Made by a program: the position numbers and the translations under genes
The notes under the pieces: model-generated
Database searches by the model: none
Told to the model about the DNA's origin: nothing
Seen by the model: only the letters and a program-made list of their open reading frames with translations
Source: Candidatus Annandia pinicola
Lineage (GTDB): Bacteria; Pseudomonadota; Gammaproteobacteria; Enterobacterales; Enterobacteriaceae_A
Reading direction: 5' to 3'
Length of the DNA: 32,000 bases
Assembly (NCBI RefSeq): GCF_020541245.1
Contig: NZ_CP045876.1
Span: 90,001 to 122,000, forward strand
In this document: in pieces, positions 8,760-18,905 of the stretch
Layout: each line of letters begins with the position of its first letter
Numbering within the stretch: the first letter of the stretch is position 1

Positions 8760-9968
8760 ATGAAACTACCTATTTATTTAGATTATGCTTCAACTACACC
8801 AGTAGATAAAAGAGTTGTAAAAGAAATGATAAAATATTTAGACGTAAATAGTTCTTTTGGAAATCCTTCATCTAGATCACATTCATTTGGATGGGAAGCT
8901 GAAAAATCTATTGATAAATCACGTAATATAATAGCTAAATTAATTAATGCTCATTATAGAGAAATTATATTTACATCTGGAGCAACTGAATCAAATAATT
9001 TAGCTATTAAAGGTATAGCAAATTTTTATAAGTCAAAAGGTAATCATATTATAACTAGTAGTATCGAACATAAATCTGTATTAGATACATGTCGTCAACT
9101 TGAAACTGAAGGATTTAAGGTAACATATATTAAACCTGATATGTATGGATATATATGTTTAGAAAAAATTAAAAAAGAAATTTCTAATAAAACTATTTTA
9201 GTATCTATTATGCATGTTAATAATGAAATTGGTGTTATACAAGATATAAAAGAAATTGCAGAATTATGTAAAAAAAAAAATATAATATTTCATGTTGATG
9301 CAACTCAAAGTATAGGAAAAATAATAATTGATTTAAATATTATACCTATAGATTTATTATCATTTTCAGGACATAAAATATATGGACCTAAAGGTATAGG
9401 GGTTTTATACATAAGAAAAAATCCTAAAATACATATTAAAGCACAAATGCATGGTGGTGGGCAAGAATATGGTTTACGTTCAGGAACTTTACCAGTTCAT
9501 CAAATAATGGGAATGGGAAAAGCTTGTGAAATATTAAGTAAAGAAATGTTATTAGAAAATATTAGAATTAGAAGTTTATTAGATAAATTATGGAGTGGTG
9601 TAAGAAATATAGAAGAATTATATTTAAATAGTGATACTACAACTGGTATTCCTAATATTTTAAATATTAGTGTTAATTTTGTAGAAGGAGAATCTTTAAT
9701 TATGTCTTTAAAAGATATAGCTGTTTCTTCTGGATCAGCATGTGCTTCTCCTAGTTTAGAACCATCTTATGTTCTTAAAGAGATAGGTCGTGAGGAAGAA
9801 TTAGCTCATAGTTCAATTAGATTTTCAATAGGAAGATTTACTACCGAAGAAGAAATTGATTATACAATTAATTTATTTAATAAATCGGTTGATAAGTTAA
9901 GAAGTATGTCTCCATTATGGGAAGATTTTAAAATTAGAAGCGAAAAATTTGATTGGTTTGTTTCTTAA
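8760..9968 (+). CDS. iscS: cysteine desulfurase IscS
   Basis: 402 aa. [26 protein letters not shown] (PLP lysine), SSGSAC.S (active-site Cys). Near-complete collinearity with E. coli IscS. Confidence 0.96.
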   Translation: MKLPIYLDYASTTPVDKRVVKEMIKYLDVNSSFGNPSSRSHSFGWEAEKSIDKSRNIIAKLINAHYREIIFTSGATESNNLAIKGIANFYKSKGNHIITSSIEHKSVLDTCRQLETEGFKVTYIKPDMYGYICLEKIKKEISNKTILVSIMHVNNEIGVIQDIKEIAELCKKKNIIFHVDATQSIGKIIIDLNIIPIDLLSFSGHKIYGPKGIGVLYIRKNPKIHIKAQMHGGGQEYGLRSGTLPVHQIMGMGKACEILSKEMLLENIRIRSLLDKLWSGVRNIEELYLNSDTTTGIPNILNISVNFVEGESLIMSLKDIAVSSGSACASPSLEPSYVLKEIGREEELAHSSIRFSIGRFTTEEEIDYTINLFNKSVDKLRSMSPLWEDFKIRSEKFDWFVS

Positions 9969-9973
9969 AAAAA

Positions 9974-9978
9974 AAGGA
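9974..9978 (+). promoter_or_regulatory. Shine-Dalgarno-like AAGGA 6 nt upstream of the iscU ATG
   Basis: aagga at 9974-9978, ATG at 9985. Confidence 0.5.
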
Positions 9979-9984
9979 ATTTTT

Positions 9985-10374
9985 ATGTCATATAGTAAAA
10001 AAGTAATTGATCATTACGAAAATCCTAGAAATGTTGGTTCATTAGATAATAATGATCCTAATGTTGGAAGTGGACTAGTTGGTTCTCCATCTTGTGGAGA
10101 TGTTATGAAATTACAAATTAAAGTTAATAATAAAAATATTATTAAAGATGCTAAATTTAAAACTTATGGATGTGGATCAGCAATTGCTTCAAGTTCTTTT
10201 GTAACTGAATTAATAAAAGGAAAATCTTTAAAAGAAGCTGAAAATATAAAAAATATATATATTGTAAAAGAATTAGATTTACCTCCGGTTAAAATACATT
10301 GTTCTATATTAGCAGAAAGTGCAATTAAAGCCGCTATAAAAGATTATAAAAAAAAAAAAATAACAAAAATTTAA
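9985..10374 (+). CDS. iscU: Fe-S cluster scaffold IscU (start moved to the internal ATG at 9985)
   Basis: MSYSKKVIDHYENPRNVGS.., three conserved Cys (CGDVMKL, GCGSAIASSS, HCSILAE) and the LPPVK HscA-binding motif. The 9949 start in the track would overlap iscS and add 12 residues with no homology. Confidence 0.95.
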   Translation: MSYSKKVIDHYENPRNVGSLDNNDPNVGSGLVGSPSCGDVMKLQIKVNNKNIIKDAKFKTYGCGSAIASSSFVTELIKGKSLKEAENIKNIYIVKELDLPPVKIHCSILAESAIKAAIKDYKKKKITKI

Positions 10375-10386
10375 ACATAAATTAAT

Positions 10387-10391
10387 AAGGA
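10387..10391 (+). promoter_or_regulatory. Shine-Dalgarno-like AAGGA 6 nt upstream of the hscB ATG
   Basis: aagga at 10387-10391, ATG at 10398. Confidence 0.45.
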
Positions 10392-10397
10392 AAAAAT

Positions 10398-10925
10398 ATG
10401 AATTATTTCAAATTTTTTAATTTAAAATCTTTATTTTTTATAAATAAAAAAACTTTATCTCATAATTTTAAAAAATTACAAAAAAAAAATCATCCTGATT
10501 TAAATATAAGTAGTTTAGAAAAAAAAAAAATAGCATTAAAAAAAACTACTTTTTTAAATAGAATTTACAATATTATTTACGATAAATTTACTAGAATAAA
10601 TTATCTATTATTTTTAAATAAAGTTAATATAAATGAAACTATAATTTTAGATAAATATAAGGATTTGGAGAGAAAATTTGAAATTTTTAATTATTTAGAT
10701 TATTTAAAAAAAAAAAAAAAAATAACAAAAGACGAAATTATGTCATTAAAAGCACTTTATAATTATATATTTTCACAAAAGTTATATTTTTCAAAAAAAA
10801 TTAATATTAATATTAAAGAAAAAAGATGGTTTAATGTAATAATAATATTTAATAAATTAATTTTTTTAAAAAGAATTGAAGATAAAGCTAATGAAATTGA
10901 TTTATTAAAAAAAAAAATAATTTAA
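10398..10925 (+). CDS. hscB: Fe-S co-chaperone HscB (J-protein)
   Basis: 175 aa. N-terminal J-domain with the HPD motif (KKNHPDL). Sits between iscU and hscA. Sequence is otherwise very divergent. Confidence 0.8.
   Translation: MNYFKFFNLKSLFFINKKTLSHNFKKLQKKNHPDLNISSLEKKKIALKKTTFLNRIYNIIYDKFTRINYLLFLNKVNINETIILDKYKDLERKFEIFNYLDYLKKKKKITKDEIMSLKALYNYIFSQKLYFSKKININIKEKRWFNVIIIFNKLIFLKRIEDKANEIDLLKKKII
10706..10722 (+). repeat. A17 homopolymer inside hscB, in-frame (L KKKKK I)
   Basis: Direct count across 10706-10722. Confidence 0.9.
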
Positions 10926-10950
10926 ACAATTTATTTATTTTTTTTTATAA

Positions 10951-12429
10951 ATGAGTTTTTTTTTATCTAAAAATAAAAATATAACATTAGGTATAGATCT
11001 AGGAACTACATATTCTTTAGTTTCTTCTATTGTTGATAATAAAATAAAAATATTAACCGATACAAAAGGAAGATTTCTTCTACCATCAATAGTTTTATAT
11101 AATAAAAATAAAACTATTGTAGGTTGGAAATTATTAAATAAATATTATCAATATCAAGAAAATATATTAAAATCTGTAAAAAGAATAATTGGTATAGATT
11201 TTAAAAAAAAAAAATATGATAATTTTTTATATTCTTTAAAATTAATAAACAAAAATTATTTTATTAATACTAATATAGGCTTAATAAACCCTATAAATGT
11301 TTATATTGATATTTTAAAAATATTAAAAATTAGAGCAAAATATATTTTTAAAACAAAATATATAAAGGGTATAGTTGTTACAGTACCGGCTTATTTTAAC
11401 CATGAACAAAGAAATATTACTAAAAATGCTGTAAACATTTCAAATTTAAAATTACTAAAATTATTAAACGAACCTACAGCAGCTGCTATAGCATATGGTG
11501 TATATACAAAAATAAATGGTTTAATAGCTGTTTATGATTTAGGTGGTGGAACATTTGATATTTCTATTTTAAAAATTAATTATAATGGTTTTTTTGAAGT
11601 ATTAGCTACAGGTGGAGATAATTATTTAGGTGGTGATGATATTGATTTATTAATAATATATTGGTTAATAAAAAAATTAAATATAAAAAATATTAATAAA
11701 AAAAAAATAAAATATGAACTAAAAATATTAGCTATAAAAATAAAAATAAAGTTGACTTATCAAAATAAAATAATTATAAATTATAATAAAAAAAATATTG
11801 AAATTAATAGAAATGATTTAGAATTAATTATTTATCCATTAATAAAACATACTTTATTAATTTGTTATGAAACAATAAAAAGTATCAATGTCAAAATAAT
11901 AAATATAAAAAAAGTAATACTAGTTGGTGGTTCAACAAGAATACCATTAATTAAAAATAAAATACAAAAATTTTTTAAATGTGATATATTAAACAATATA
12001 AATCCAGATAAAGTAGTTTCTATAGGTGCCGCTATTAATGCAAATGAAATTATAAATAAAAACTATAAAAAAAATTTATTACTAGATGTAATACCTTTAT
12101 CTTTAGGTATAGAAACTATAGGTGGGGTAGTAGAAAAAATAATACCTCGTAATACTAAAATTCCTGTTTCATGTACTAAAGAATTTACAACCTTTAAAGA
12201 TAATCAAACTACTATGAAAATTAATATTGTACAAGGTGAAAGTGATTTAATTTCTAATTGTAAACATTTAGCTAAATTTATTTTAACAGATATACCTTCA
12301 TTACCATCTGGAATAGCTCGTATTTTTATAAATTTTAAAATTAATCATAATGGATTATTATTTGTAAAAGCAAAAGAAAAATCTACTGGAATAAAAAAGG
12401 AAATAAAAATTTATGATTTATATAAATAA
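10951..12429 (+). CDS. hscA: Fe-S chaperone HscA (Hsp70 family), C-terminally short (492 aa versus about 616 aa in E. coli)
   Basis: GIDLGTT.SLV, VVTVPAYF...QR, LLNEPTAAAIAYG, VYDLGGGTFDISIL, LVGGSTRIPL, DVIPLSLGIET.GG..EKIIPRNT.IP. It ends at ..KEKSTGIKKEIKIYDLYK, immediately followed by fdx. Confidence 0.93.
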   Translation: MSFFLSKNKNITLGIDLGTTYSLVSSIVDNKIKILTDTKGRFLLPSIVLYNKNKTIVGWKLLNKYYQYQENILKSVKRIIGIDFKKKKYDNFLYSLKLINKNYFINTNIGLINPINVYIDILKILKIRAKYIFKTKYIKGIVVTVPAYFNHEQRNITKNAVNISNLKLLKLLNEPTAAAIAYGVYTKINGLIAVYDLGGGTFDISILKINYNGFFEVLATGGDNYLGGDDIDLLIIYWLIKKLNIKNINKKKIKYELKILAIKIKIKLTYQNKIIINYNKKNIEINRNDLELIIYPLIKHTLLICYETIKSINVKIINIKKVILVGGSTRIPLIKNKIQKFFKCDILNNINPDKVVSIGAAINANEIINKNYKKNLLLDVIPLSLGIETIGGVVEKIIPRNTKIPVSCTKEFTTFKDNQTTMKINIVQGESDLISNCKHLAKFILTDIPSLPSGIARIFINFKINHNGLLFVKAKEKSTGIKKEIKIYDLYK

Positions 12430-12461
12430 TTTTATAAATTTTAAATAAACATTATATTATT

Positions 12462-12791
12462 ATGATAAAAATATTTTTTTTACCACATAAAACTATTTTA
12501 CCTAAAGGTAAAATAGTTTATCATAGATCAAAAGATAGTATTTTAAATATAGCTTTAAAAAACGGTATTAATATTAATCATGCTTGTGAAAAAGTTTGTG
12601 CTTGTACAACATGTCATTGTATAATTAAAAAAGGTTTTAATTCTCTTAATAAAATAAATGAATTAGAAAGTGATATGTTAGATAAAGCATGGAATTTAAA
12701 TTTTAAAAGTAGATTATCTTGTCAAGCTATAATTTCTGACAAAGATTTAATAATTAAAATACCAAAATATAATATTAATTATGTTAATTAA
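12462..12791 (+). CDS. fdx: [2Fe-2S] ferredoxin of the ISC system
   Basis: 109 aa. HACEK.CACTTCHC and RLSCQA cysteine pattern, DMLDKAW. Position after hscA. Confidence 0.93.
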   Translation: MIKIFFLPHKTILPKGKIVYHRSKDSILNIALKNGININHACEKVCACTTCHCIIKKGFNSLNKINELESDMLDKAWNLNFKSRLSCQAIISDKDLIIKIPKYNINYVN

Positions 12792-12829
12792 ATTAATTAT
12801 AAATATATTTAATAAAATAAAAAAAATAA

Positions 12830-13906
12830 ATGGATATAAATTTAAAAAAAATTAATATCTTAAATCTTGATGAAAAAAAATTAAAAGAAATTATTGAATC
12901 TATCGGTGAAAAAAAATTTCGTTTTAAACAAATAATGAAATGGATATATCATAATTTTTGCGATAATTTTGATAATATGAGTAATATAAGTATAAATTTA
13001 AAAAAAAAATTAAAAAAAAAATTAGAAATTAAATTACCTGTAATACAAAATATATTATATTCCAAAGATGGAACTATAAAATATATATTAAATTTTAATA
13101 AACAAATTATTGAAACAATTTATATACCTGAAATTAATAGAAAAACAATTTGTATTTCATCTCAAGTTGGTTGTATTCTAAATTGTAAATTTTGTGCTAC
13201 AGGAAAACAAGGGTTTAAAAGAAATTTAAAAGTTTCAGAAATTATAGGACAAATTTGGTGTATATCTAAAATGTTATATAATATAAATCCTAAAAAAAAA
13301 ATTACTAACATAGTAATTATGGGTATGGGAGAACCATTATTAAATGTAGTTAATGTAATTAATTCAATAAAAATTATGTTAAATAACTATTGTTTAAATA
13401 TAAAAAAAAATAAAATTACTTTATCAACTTCTGGAATTATTCCTGCTTTTAAAAAAATTTATGAAATTATAAATATACCATTAGCTTTTTCTTTACATGC
13501 TTCTAATAATGAATTAAGAAATTCTTTAATGCCAATAAATATAAAATATAATATAGAATCTTGTTTATCAGAAATAAATAAATATATTAAATTATCAAAA
13601 TCTAATAAAATTAAATTTACAATAGAATATATAATGTTAAATAATATAAATGATAATATTTATAATGCTTATCAATTAATTAAATTATTAAAAAATATAC
13701 CAAGTAAAATAAACTTAATTCCTTTTAATAAAATACCTAATACAAAATATGAAAGTAGTCCTAAAAATAAAATATATAAATTTGCTCAAATATTAAAAAA
13801 AAACGGATTAATTACTACTATAAGAAAACTACATGGAAATGATATAAATGCAGCATGTGGGCAATTATCAGGAAATATTATAAATAAAATTAAAAATAAT
13901 ATTTAA
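12830..13906 (+). CDS. rlmN: 23S rRNA/tRNA m2A methyltransferase RlmN (radical SAM)
   Basis: 358 aa. FR.KQ.MKW.Y, SSQVGC...C.FCATG, MGMGEPL.N, SLHA.N.E.R, C-terminal DI.AACGQL. Confidence 0.92.
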   Translation: MDINLKKINILNLDEKKLKEIIESIGEKKFRFKQIMKWIYHNFCDNFDNMSNISINLKKKLKKKLEIKLPVIQNILYSKDGTIKYILNFNKQIIETIYIPEINRKTICISSQVGCILNCKFCATGKQGFKRNLKVSEIIGQIWCISKMLYNINPKKKITNIVIMGMGEPLLNVVNVINSIKIMLNNYCLNIKKNKITLSTSGIIPAFKKIYEIINIPLAFSLHASNNELRNSLMPINIKYNIESCLSEINKYIKLSKSNKIKFTIEYIMLNNINDNIYNAYQLIKLLKNIPSKINLIPFNKIPNTKYESSPKNKIYKFAQILKKNGLITTIRKLHGNDINAACGQLSGNIINKIKNNI

Positions 13907-13955
13907 TTTAAATTAATAATAAAAATTATAAAAATTAATAAATAATGAGAATAAA

Positions 13956-15236
13956 TTGTTAAAAAATATAAGATCAATACGTGGAATGTACGATTATTTA
14001 CCTAAGACTAATTTGATTTGGCAAAAAATTGAATATAAACTTAAAAAGGTATTAAGTAGTTATGGTTATAATGAAATAAAATTTCCAATTATAGAAAATA
14101 CTAAATTATTTAAAAAATCTATAGGAAATATAACTGATATAGTAGAAAAAGAAATGTATAGTTTTAATGATAAGAGTGGTAATAATTTAACATTAAGACC
14201 AGAAGGAACGGTTAGTTGTGTTAGAGCTAGTCTTCAAAATGGTATATTATATAATCAAGAACAACGTTTATGGTATTTAGGACCTATGTTTCGTTATGAA
14301 AGACCTCAAAAAGGAAGATATCGTCAATTTCATCAATTAGGAATAGAAATATTTGGTTTACCAGAATCTAATATAGAAATAGAATTATTAATGATTACAT
14401 TAAGATGGTGGAAAATATTAAACATTAATAAATATATGAAATTAGAAATAAATTATATTGGTTCTTCAGAAGAAAGATATAAATATAAAAAAGATTTAAT
14501 AATATTTTTAGAAAAATATAAAAATGAGTTAGATTTAGATTGCAGAAATAGACTTTATAAAAATCCATTACGTATTTTAGATACTAAAAATTTTAAAATT
14601 TTAAAAATTCTTAAAAAAGCTCCTAATTTAAAATATTATTTAAATAATAAATCTTTATCTTATTTTAATAATTTATTATATTTTTTAAAATTTTTTAAAA
14701 TAAATTATAAAATTAATCATAACTTATTTAGAGGATTAGATTATTATAATGGAACGGTTTTTGAATGGAAAACTAATTTTTTTGAAAATAAAGATATTAC
14801 AATTTGTGCCGGAGGTAGATATGATAATTTAGTAAAACAAATAGGTGGATATCATACCCCAGCAATAGGATGTGCTATGGGGTTAGAAAGATTATTAATG
14901 TTATTTTCAAAATGTCAAAAAAAAAATAATTTTATTAAATATATTGATATTTATATAATTGTATATAATTTAAATAAACAATATATTTTAATTAAATTTG
15001 CTGAAATAATAAGAGATATATTACCTAAAATTAAAGTTTTTTTTGATTTTAATCATAAAAAAAAAATAAAAAAAAAAATTGTTAAAGCTAAACAAATGAA
15101 ATCATCATTTGTTATAATTTTAAAAAAAAATAAAATAAAAACTAATAAACTAATTATTATAAATTTAAATAATGGTGATAAATTTATAAAAACAAAAAAA
15201 CAAATAATTAAAATCTTATCAAAAATAAAAATATAA
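13956..15236 (+). CDS. hisS: histidyl-tRNA synthetase (TTG start)
   Basis: 426 aa. IRGM.DYLP, LTLRPEGT..CVRA, RLWY.GPMFRYERPQKGRYRQFHQ.G, CAGGRYD.L, GCAMGLERL. Confidence 0.94.
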   Translation: MLKNIRSIRGMYDYLPKTNLIWQKIEYKLKKVLSSYGYNEIKFPIIENTKLFKKSIGNITDIVEKEMYSFNDKSGNNLTLRPEGTVSCVRASLQNGILYNQEQRLWYLGPMFRYERPQKGRYRQFHQLGIEIFGLPESNIEIELLMITLRWWKILNINKYMKLEINYIGSSEERYKYKKDLIIFLEKYKNELDLDCRNRLYKNPLRILDTKNFKILKILKKAPNLKYYLNNKSLSYFNNLLYFLKFFKINYKINHNLFRGLDYYNGTVFEWKTNFFENKDITICAGGRYDNLVKQIGGYHTPAIGCAMGLERLLMLFSKCQKKNNFIKYIDIYIIVYNLNKQYILIKFAEIIRDILPKIKVFFDFNHKKKIKKKIVKAKQMKSSFVIILKKNKIKTNKLIIINLNNGDKFIKTKKQIIKILSKIKI

Positions 15237-15322
15237 ATTTATTTAAAATATTTATATAATATTATTAAAATTAATTATTATATATAAATTTTTTTTTAAA
15301 TTTATTTAACTTTGAAAATAAA

Positions 15323-16711
15323 ATGTTACCTATAATTGCTATTGTTGGTAGATCTAATGTTGGTAAATCTACTTTATTTAATATTATTACTAATTCTAAT
15401 AATAAAGCTATTTTTTATAATATTAATAATGTTACTAGAGATAGAAAATATGAAATAGTAAATTATAATAATAATAAATTTATTATAATAGATACTGCTG
15501 GATTTAAAAATATAAAAGAAAATATCAAATGTTTGATATCAAAACAAATATTTATTGCTATAAAAGAATCGGACGCTGTATTTTTTATGGTTGATTCAAT
15601 AACTGGTTTACTTGAAGATGATTATATATTAGCAAAATATTTAAAAAATTTATATAAAAAGGATGTATTTTTAATTATAAATAAAGTTGATAATAAAAAT
15701 TTAAAATATAATTCTTATGAATTTTATAAATTAGGATTTAAAAATATATCTTTTATATCTACAGCTCATAATTATGGAATAAATAATTTTTTAAATAATA
15801 AATTAATGCCTTATATTAAAAAATTAAAAAATAAAAATATAAAATTAAAAATTAATGTTGATAATATAAATTATGATAATTTTATAAAAATAGCTATTAT
15901 AGGATCTCCTAATGTTGGAAAATCTACATTAATTAATTGTTTGTGTAAATCTGAAAGAATGATTGTTGATAATAAACCTGGTACTACTAGAGATAGTACA
16001 TATATACCAATTAAATATAATGATAAATTATATGTATTTATTGATACAGCTGGTATTAAAAAAAAAAACAATGTTAATAATATTATAGAAAAATTTTCTA
16101 TAATGAAATCAATTAAAGAAATAAAAAATTCAAAAATTGTAATTATAATTATTGATGCAGAAATAAATATTTCACAAAAAGATTTATCTTTAATATATAA
16201 AATATTAAAATATGGTAAATCTATCATTATAGCATTTAATAAATCTGACAAAATATCTGAAGATAAAAAAATAAAAATAAAAAATAATATAATTAATAAA
16301 TTTAAATATATTAATTTTATACCAATTTGTTTTATTTCTGCTCTATACAAAAAAGGTATAAATTTTTTATTTAGTTTAATAAAAAAAATAATTAATATAA
16401 AAAAAAAAAACATTAATACTTCATATTTAAATAAAATACTTCATGAATCTATTAAAAAACATCAACCTCCTATATATAATAAATATAGAATAAAACTAAA
16501 ATATGTTCATATTGGTAATTATGATCCTTTCACTATAGTTATTCATGGTAATAATGTGAACGGTATTAATATTATTTATAAAAAATATTTAATTAATTAT
16601 TTTAGAAATAAATTAAATATTTCTGGAACACCTATAAAAATAATTTTTAAAGAAAATAATAACCCATATATTAAAGATAAAAAAAGTAATTATAAAAGTA
16701 AATTTAAATAA
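15323..16711 (+). CDS. der: ribosome-associated GTPase Der (EngA), with two tandem GTPase domains
   Basis: 462 aa. Two P-loops (GRSNVGKST at the N-terminus, GSPNVGKST mid-protein), DTAG twice, NK.D twice, and a KH-like C-terminal region. Confidence 0.9.
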   Translation: MLPIIAIVGRSNVGKSTLFNIITNSNNKAIFYNINNVTRDRKYEIVNYNNNKFIIIDTAGFKNIKENIKCLISKQIFIAIKESDAVFFMVDSITGLLEDDYILAKYLKNLYKKDVFLIINKVDNKNLKYNSYEFYKLGFKNISFISTAHNYGINNFLNNKLMPYIKKLKNKNIKLKINVDNINYDNFIKIAIIGSPNVGKSTLINCLCKSERMIVDNKPGTTRDSTYIPIKYNDKLYVFIDTAGIKKKNNVNNIIEKFSIMKSIKEIKNSKIVIIIIDAEINISQKDLSLIYKILKYGKSIIIAFNKSDKISEDKKIKIKNNIINKFKYINFIPICFISALYKKGINFLFSLIKKIINIKKKNINTSYLNKILHESIKKHQPPIYNKYRIKLKYVHIGNYDPFTIVIHGNNVNGINIIYKKYLINYFRNKLNISGTPIKIIFKENNNPYIKDKKSNYKSKFK

Positions 16712-16781
16712 AAAAAAAATATTTACTTAATTTTATATCTTATATTATTAATTTAATAAATAATATTTAAAAGAGGTTATA

Positions 16782-17663
16782 ATGTTTAAAGGAAGTATTG
16801 TTGCATTAATAACACCCATAAAAAAAAATGGTTCTATATGTAAAAAAGATTTAACAAAACTAATTAATTATCATATTAAAAATAAAACTTCAGCTATAGT
16901 ATCTGTGGGTACCACAGGTGAATCTTCTATGTTAAGTAAAAAAGAACATTGTAATTTAATTATGATGACTTTAGAAATTTCAGATGGAAGAATTCCTATA
17001 ATAGCGGGAACTGGTTCTAATGATACCTCAGAAAGTATTAATTTAACTAAAAAACTTGAAAATTCTGGAATTTCGGGATGTTTAACTGTTACACCATATT
17101 ATAATAGACCTACCCAAGAAGGTTTATATCAACATTTTAAATCAATTTCTGAAAGTACACATTTACCACAAATATTATATAATGTACCTTCAAGAACTGG
17201 TTGTGATTTATTACCAGAAACAATTGCTCGTTTATCAAATTTTAAAAATATAATAGGAATAAAAGAAGCCACTGGAGATTTATCTAGAGTAAATAAAATT
17301 TCTTCTTTAGTAAATAATAAAAAATTTATTATACTAAGTGGTGATGATATTACATTTCTTGATTTTATACAATTAGGAGGTCATGGAGTTATTTCAGTTA
17401 CTGCTAATATCGCAGCAAAAAAAATGTCTAAAATTTGTTCTTTAGCTTTAAATAATAATTTTATAAAAGCTCGTAAGATAAATAAAAAATTAATGTATTT
17501 ACATAAAGCTTTATTTATAGAATCTAATCCTATTCCTGTAAAATGGGCTGCATTTAAATTAGGTTTAATTAATAATAATATATTAAGATTACCTTTGACA
17601 AAATTATCTAAAAAATTTGAATTAATAGTTGAAAAAGCTATATGCAAAGCAGGTATTATATAA
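16782..17663 (+). CDS. dapA: 4-hydroxy-tetrahydrodipicolinate synthase
   Basis: 293 aa. [47 protein letters not shown] (active-site Lys context). Confidence 0.94.
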   Translation: MFKGSIVALITPIKKNGSICKKDLTKLINYHIKNKTSAIVSVGTTGESSMLSKKEHCNLIMMTLEISDGRIPIIAGTGSNDTSESINLTKKLENSGISGCLTVTPYYNRPTQEGLYQHFKSISESTHLPQILYNVPSRTGCDLLPETIARLSNFKNIIGIKEATGDLSRVNKISSLVNNKKFIILSGDDITFLDFIQLGGHGVISVTANIAAKKMSKICSLALNNNFIKARKINKKLMYLHKALFIESNPIPVKWAAFKLGLINNNILRLPLTKLSKKFELIVEKAICKAGII

Positions 17664-17709
17664 TTTTTATATATATAAAATATATTTTAATAATTATTTA
17701 TAATAATTA

Positions 17710-18843
17710 TTATATCAAAATATTTTCTATAATATTTTGATATATAATACTTAATTTTTTTAATTCTAATGTATTAATATATTCATTAGGTTTATGAATT
17801 GTATTATTTTTTAAACCTAATTCTACAATTTGTTTACATATATTATAAATAAATCTTCCATCAGAAGTACCTCCATTAGTAGATATTTTAGGAAATTTTT
17901 TATTATATAAATATATAGATTTTTTAACTATATTTATTAATTTATTTTCATTTGTATAAAATGATTTTCCAGATATTTTCCAATTTATATAATATTTTAA
18001 TTTATTTTTAATTAACATAATTCTAATTTTTTTTATAATATTTTTTACATTTATTATATTATTAAATCTTAAATTAAAATTTATATTTATTTTACTAGGT
18101 ATTATGTTACTTAAATTATTAATATTATCAGAGTATATATTAGATATTTGTAATGTAGTTGGTTCAAAAATGATATTACCACAATCCCATTTTTTTAGTA
18201 TTAAATCTTTAATAAAATTATTAGATATATGTATAGGGTTTTTAGCTAAATTAGGATAAGCTATATGACCTTGTATACCATAAATTATTAAATTAATATT
18301 TAAAGATCCTCTTCTTCCATTTTTAATAGTATCTCCAACATATTTTTCACTAGATGGTTCTCCTATAATACAATATTCTATTTTTTCTTTTTTTTTTTTT
18401 AATATTTCAATTACTTTTACAGTACCATTTATAGCTTCAGATTCTTCGTCAGAAGTTATAATAAAAGATATTCTACCTTTATGTTTAGGGTTTTTTTTAA
18501 TAAAATTTTCAACAGCTATTATCATAGCTGCTAAAGATCCTTTCATATCTGCTGAACCACGACCTAACATTTTTTTTTTTTTAATAAAAGGTATAAAAGG
18601 TAAAGTTTTCCAATTATTAATATCACCAGAAGATACTACATCTGTATGTCCAGCAAATAATATAGTTTTTCCACCAATACCATGATAAGCCCAAGTATTA
18701 ATAGTATTATTTATATTTATATATTTAATATTAAAACCAATTTTTTTTAAACGATTATTTATAATTATTTGGCAACCTGAATCTAATGGACTTAATGAAG
18801 GACATTTAATTAATTTTTTTGTTAAAGAAATTATATTCAACAT
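17710..18843 (-). CDS. dapE: succinyl-diaminopimelate desuccinylase
   Basis: 377 aa. L.K.LI..PSLSP.D.GCQ, AGHTDVV, GRG.ADMKGSLAAM, ITSDEE, GEPSS, GRRGSL, GGTSDGRF. Collinear with E. coli DapE. Confidence 0.94.
   Translation of the reverse strand: MLNIISLTKKLIKCPSLSPLDSGCQIIINNRLKKIGFNIKYININNTINTWAYHGIGGKTILFAGHTDVVSSGDINNWKTLPFIPFIKKKKMLGRGSADMKGSLAAMIIAVENFIKKNPKHKGRISFIITSDEESEAINGTVKVIEILKKKKEKIEYCIIGEPSSEKYVGDTIKNGRRGSLNINLIIYGIQGHIAYPNLAKNPIHISNNFIKDLILKKWDCGNIIFEPTTLQISNIYSDNINNLSNIIPSKININFNLRFNNIINVKNIIKKIRIMLIKNKLKYYINWKISGKSFYTNENKLINIVKKSIYLYNKKFPKISTNGGTSDGRFIYNICKQIVELGLKNNTIHKPNEYINTLELKKLSIIYQNIIENILI
17711..17744. terminator. 14-bp perfect inverted repeat with a 6-nt loop at the dapA/dapE convergence point. 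It overlaps the last 10 codons and stop of dapE. Possible bidirectional hairpin
   Basis: tatatcaaaatatt / ttctat / aatattttgatata read directly. The stem contains only one C:G pair and has no clean flanking U-tract logic. Confidence 0.2.
18388..18400 (-). repeat. A13 (T13 on + strand) inside dapE, in-frame (poly-Lys)
   Basis: Direct count of the T run at 18388-18400. Confidence 0.9.
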
Positions 18844-18905
18844 AATTTTATATATACCTTATAATATATTATTATATTTAAATATTATATTAAATTATAA
18901 AAAAA

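Noticed and set aside
9949-9984. An N-terminal extension of iscU overlapping the end of iscS.
   Set aside because: The extension ([12 protein letters not shown]) has no homology. The ATG at 9985 reproduces the conserved M.YS.KVIDHYENPRN start and has an AAGGA 6 nt upstream.
15871-16413. A 180-aa minus-strand ORF, plus the other listed antisense ORFs (1821-2015, 2465-2749, 3882-4082, 17381-17647, 19614-19841, 22280-22513, 27711-28004, 29329-29595).
   Set aside because: Each lies entirely inside, and antisense to, a strongly supported conserved gene (der, grpE, ung, lepA, dapA, ligA, cysS, leuS, miaB). Their F/I/L-rich composition is what the complement of K/N/I-rich AAA/AAT/ATT codons produces. 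None shows a recognisable motif. They are shadow ORFs.
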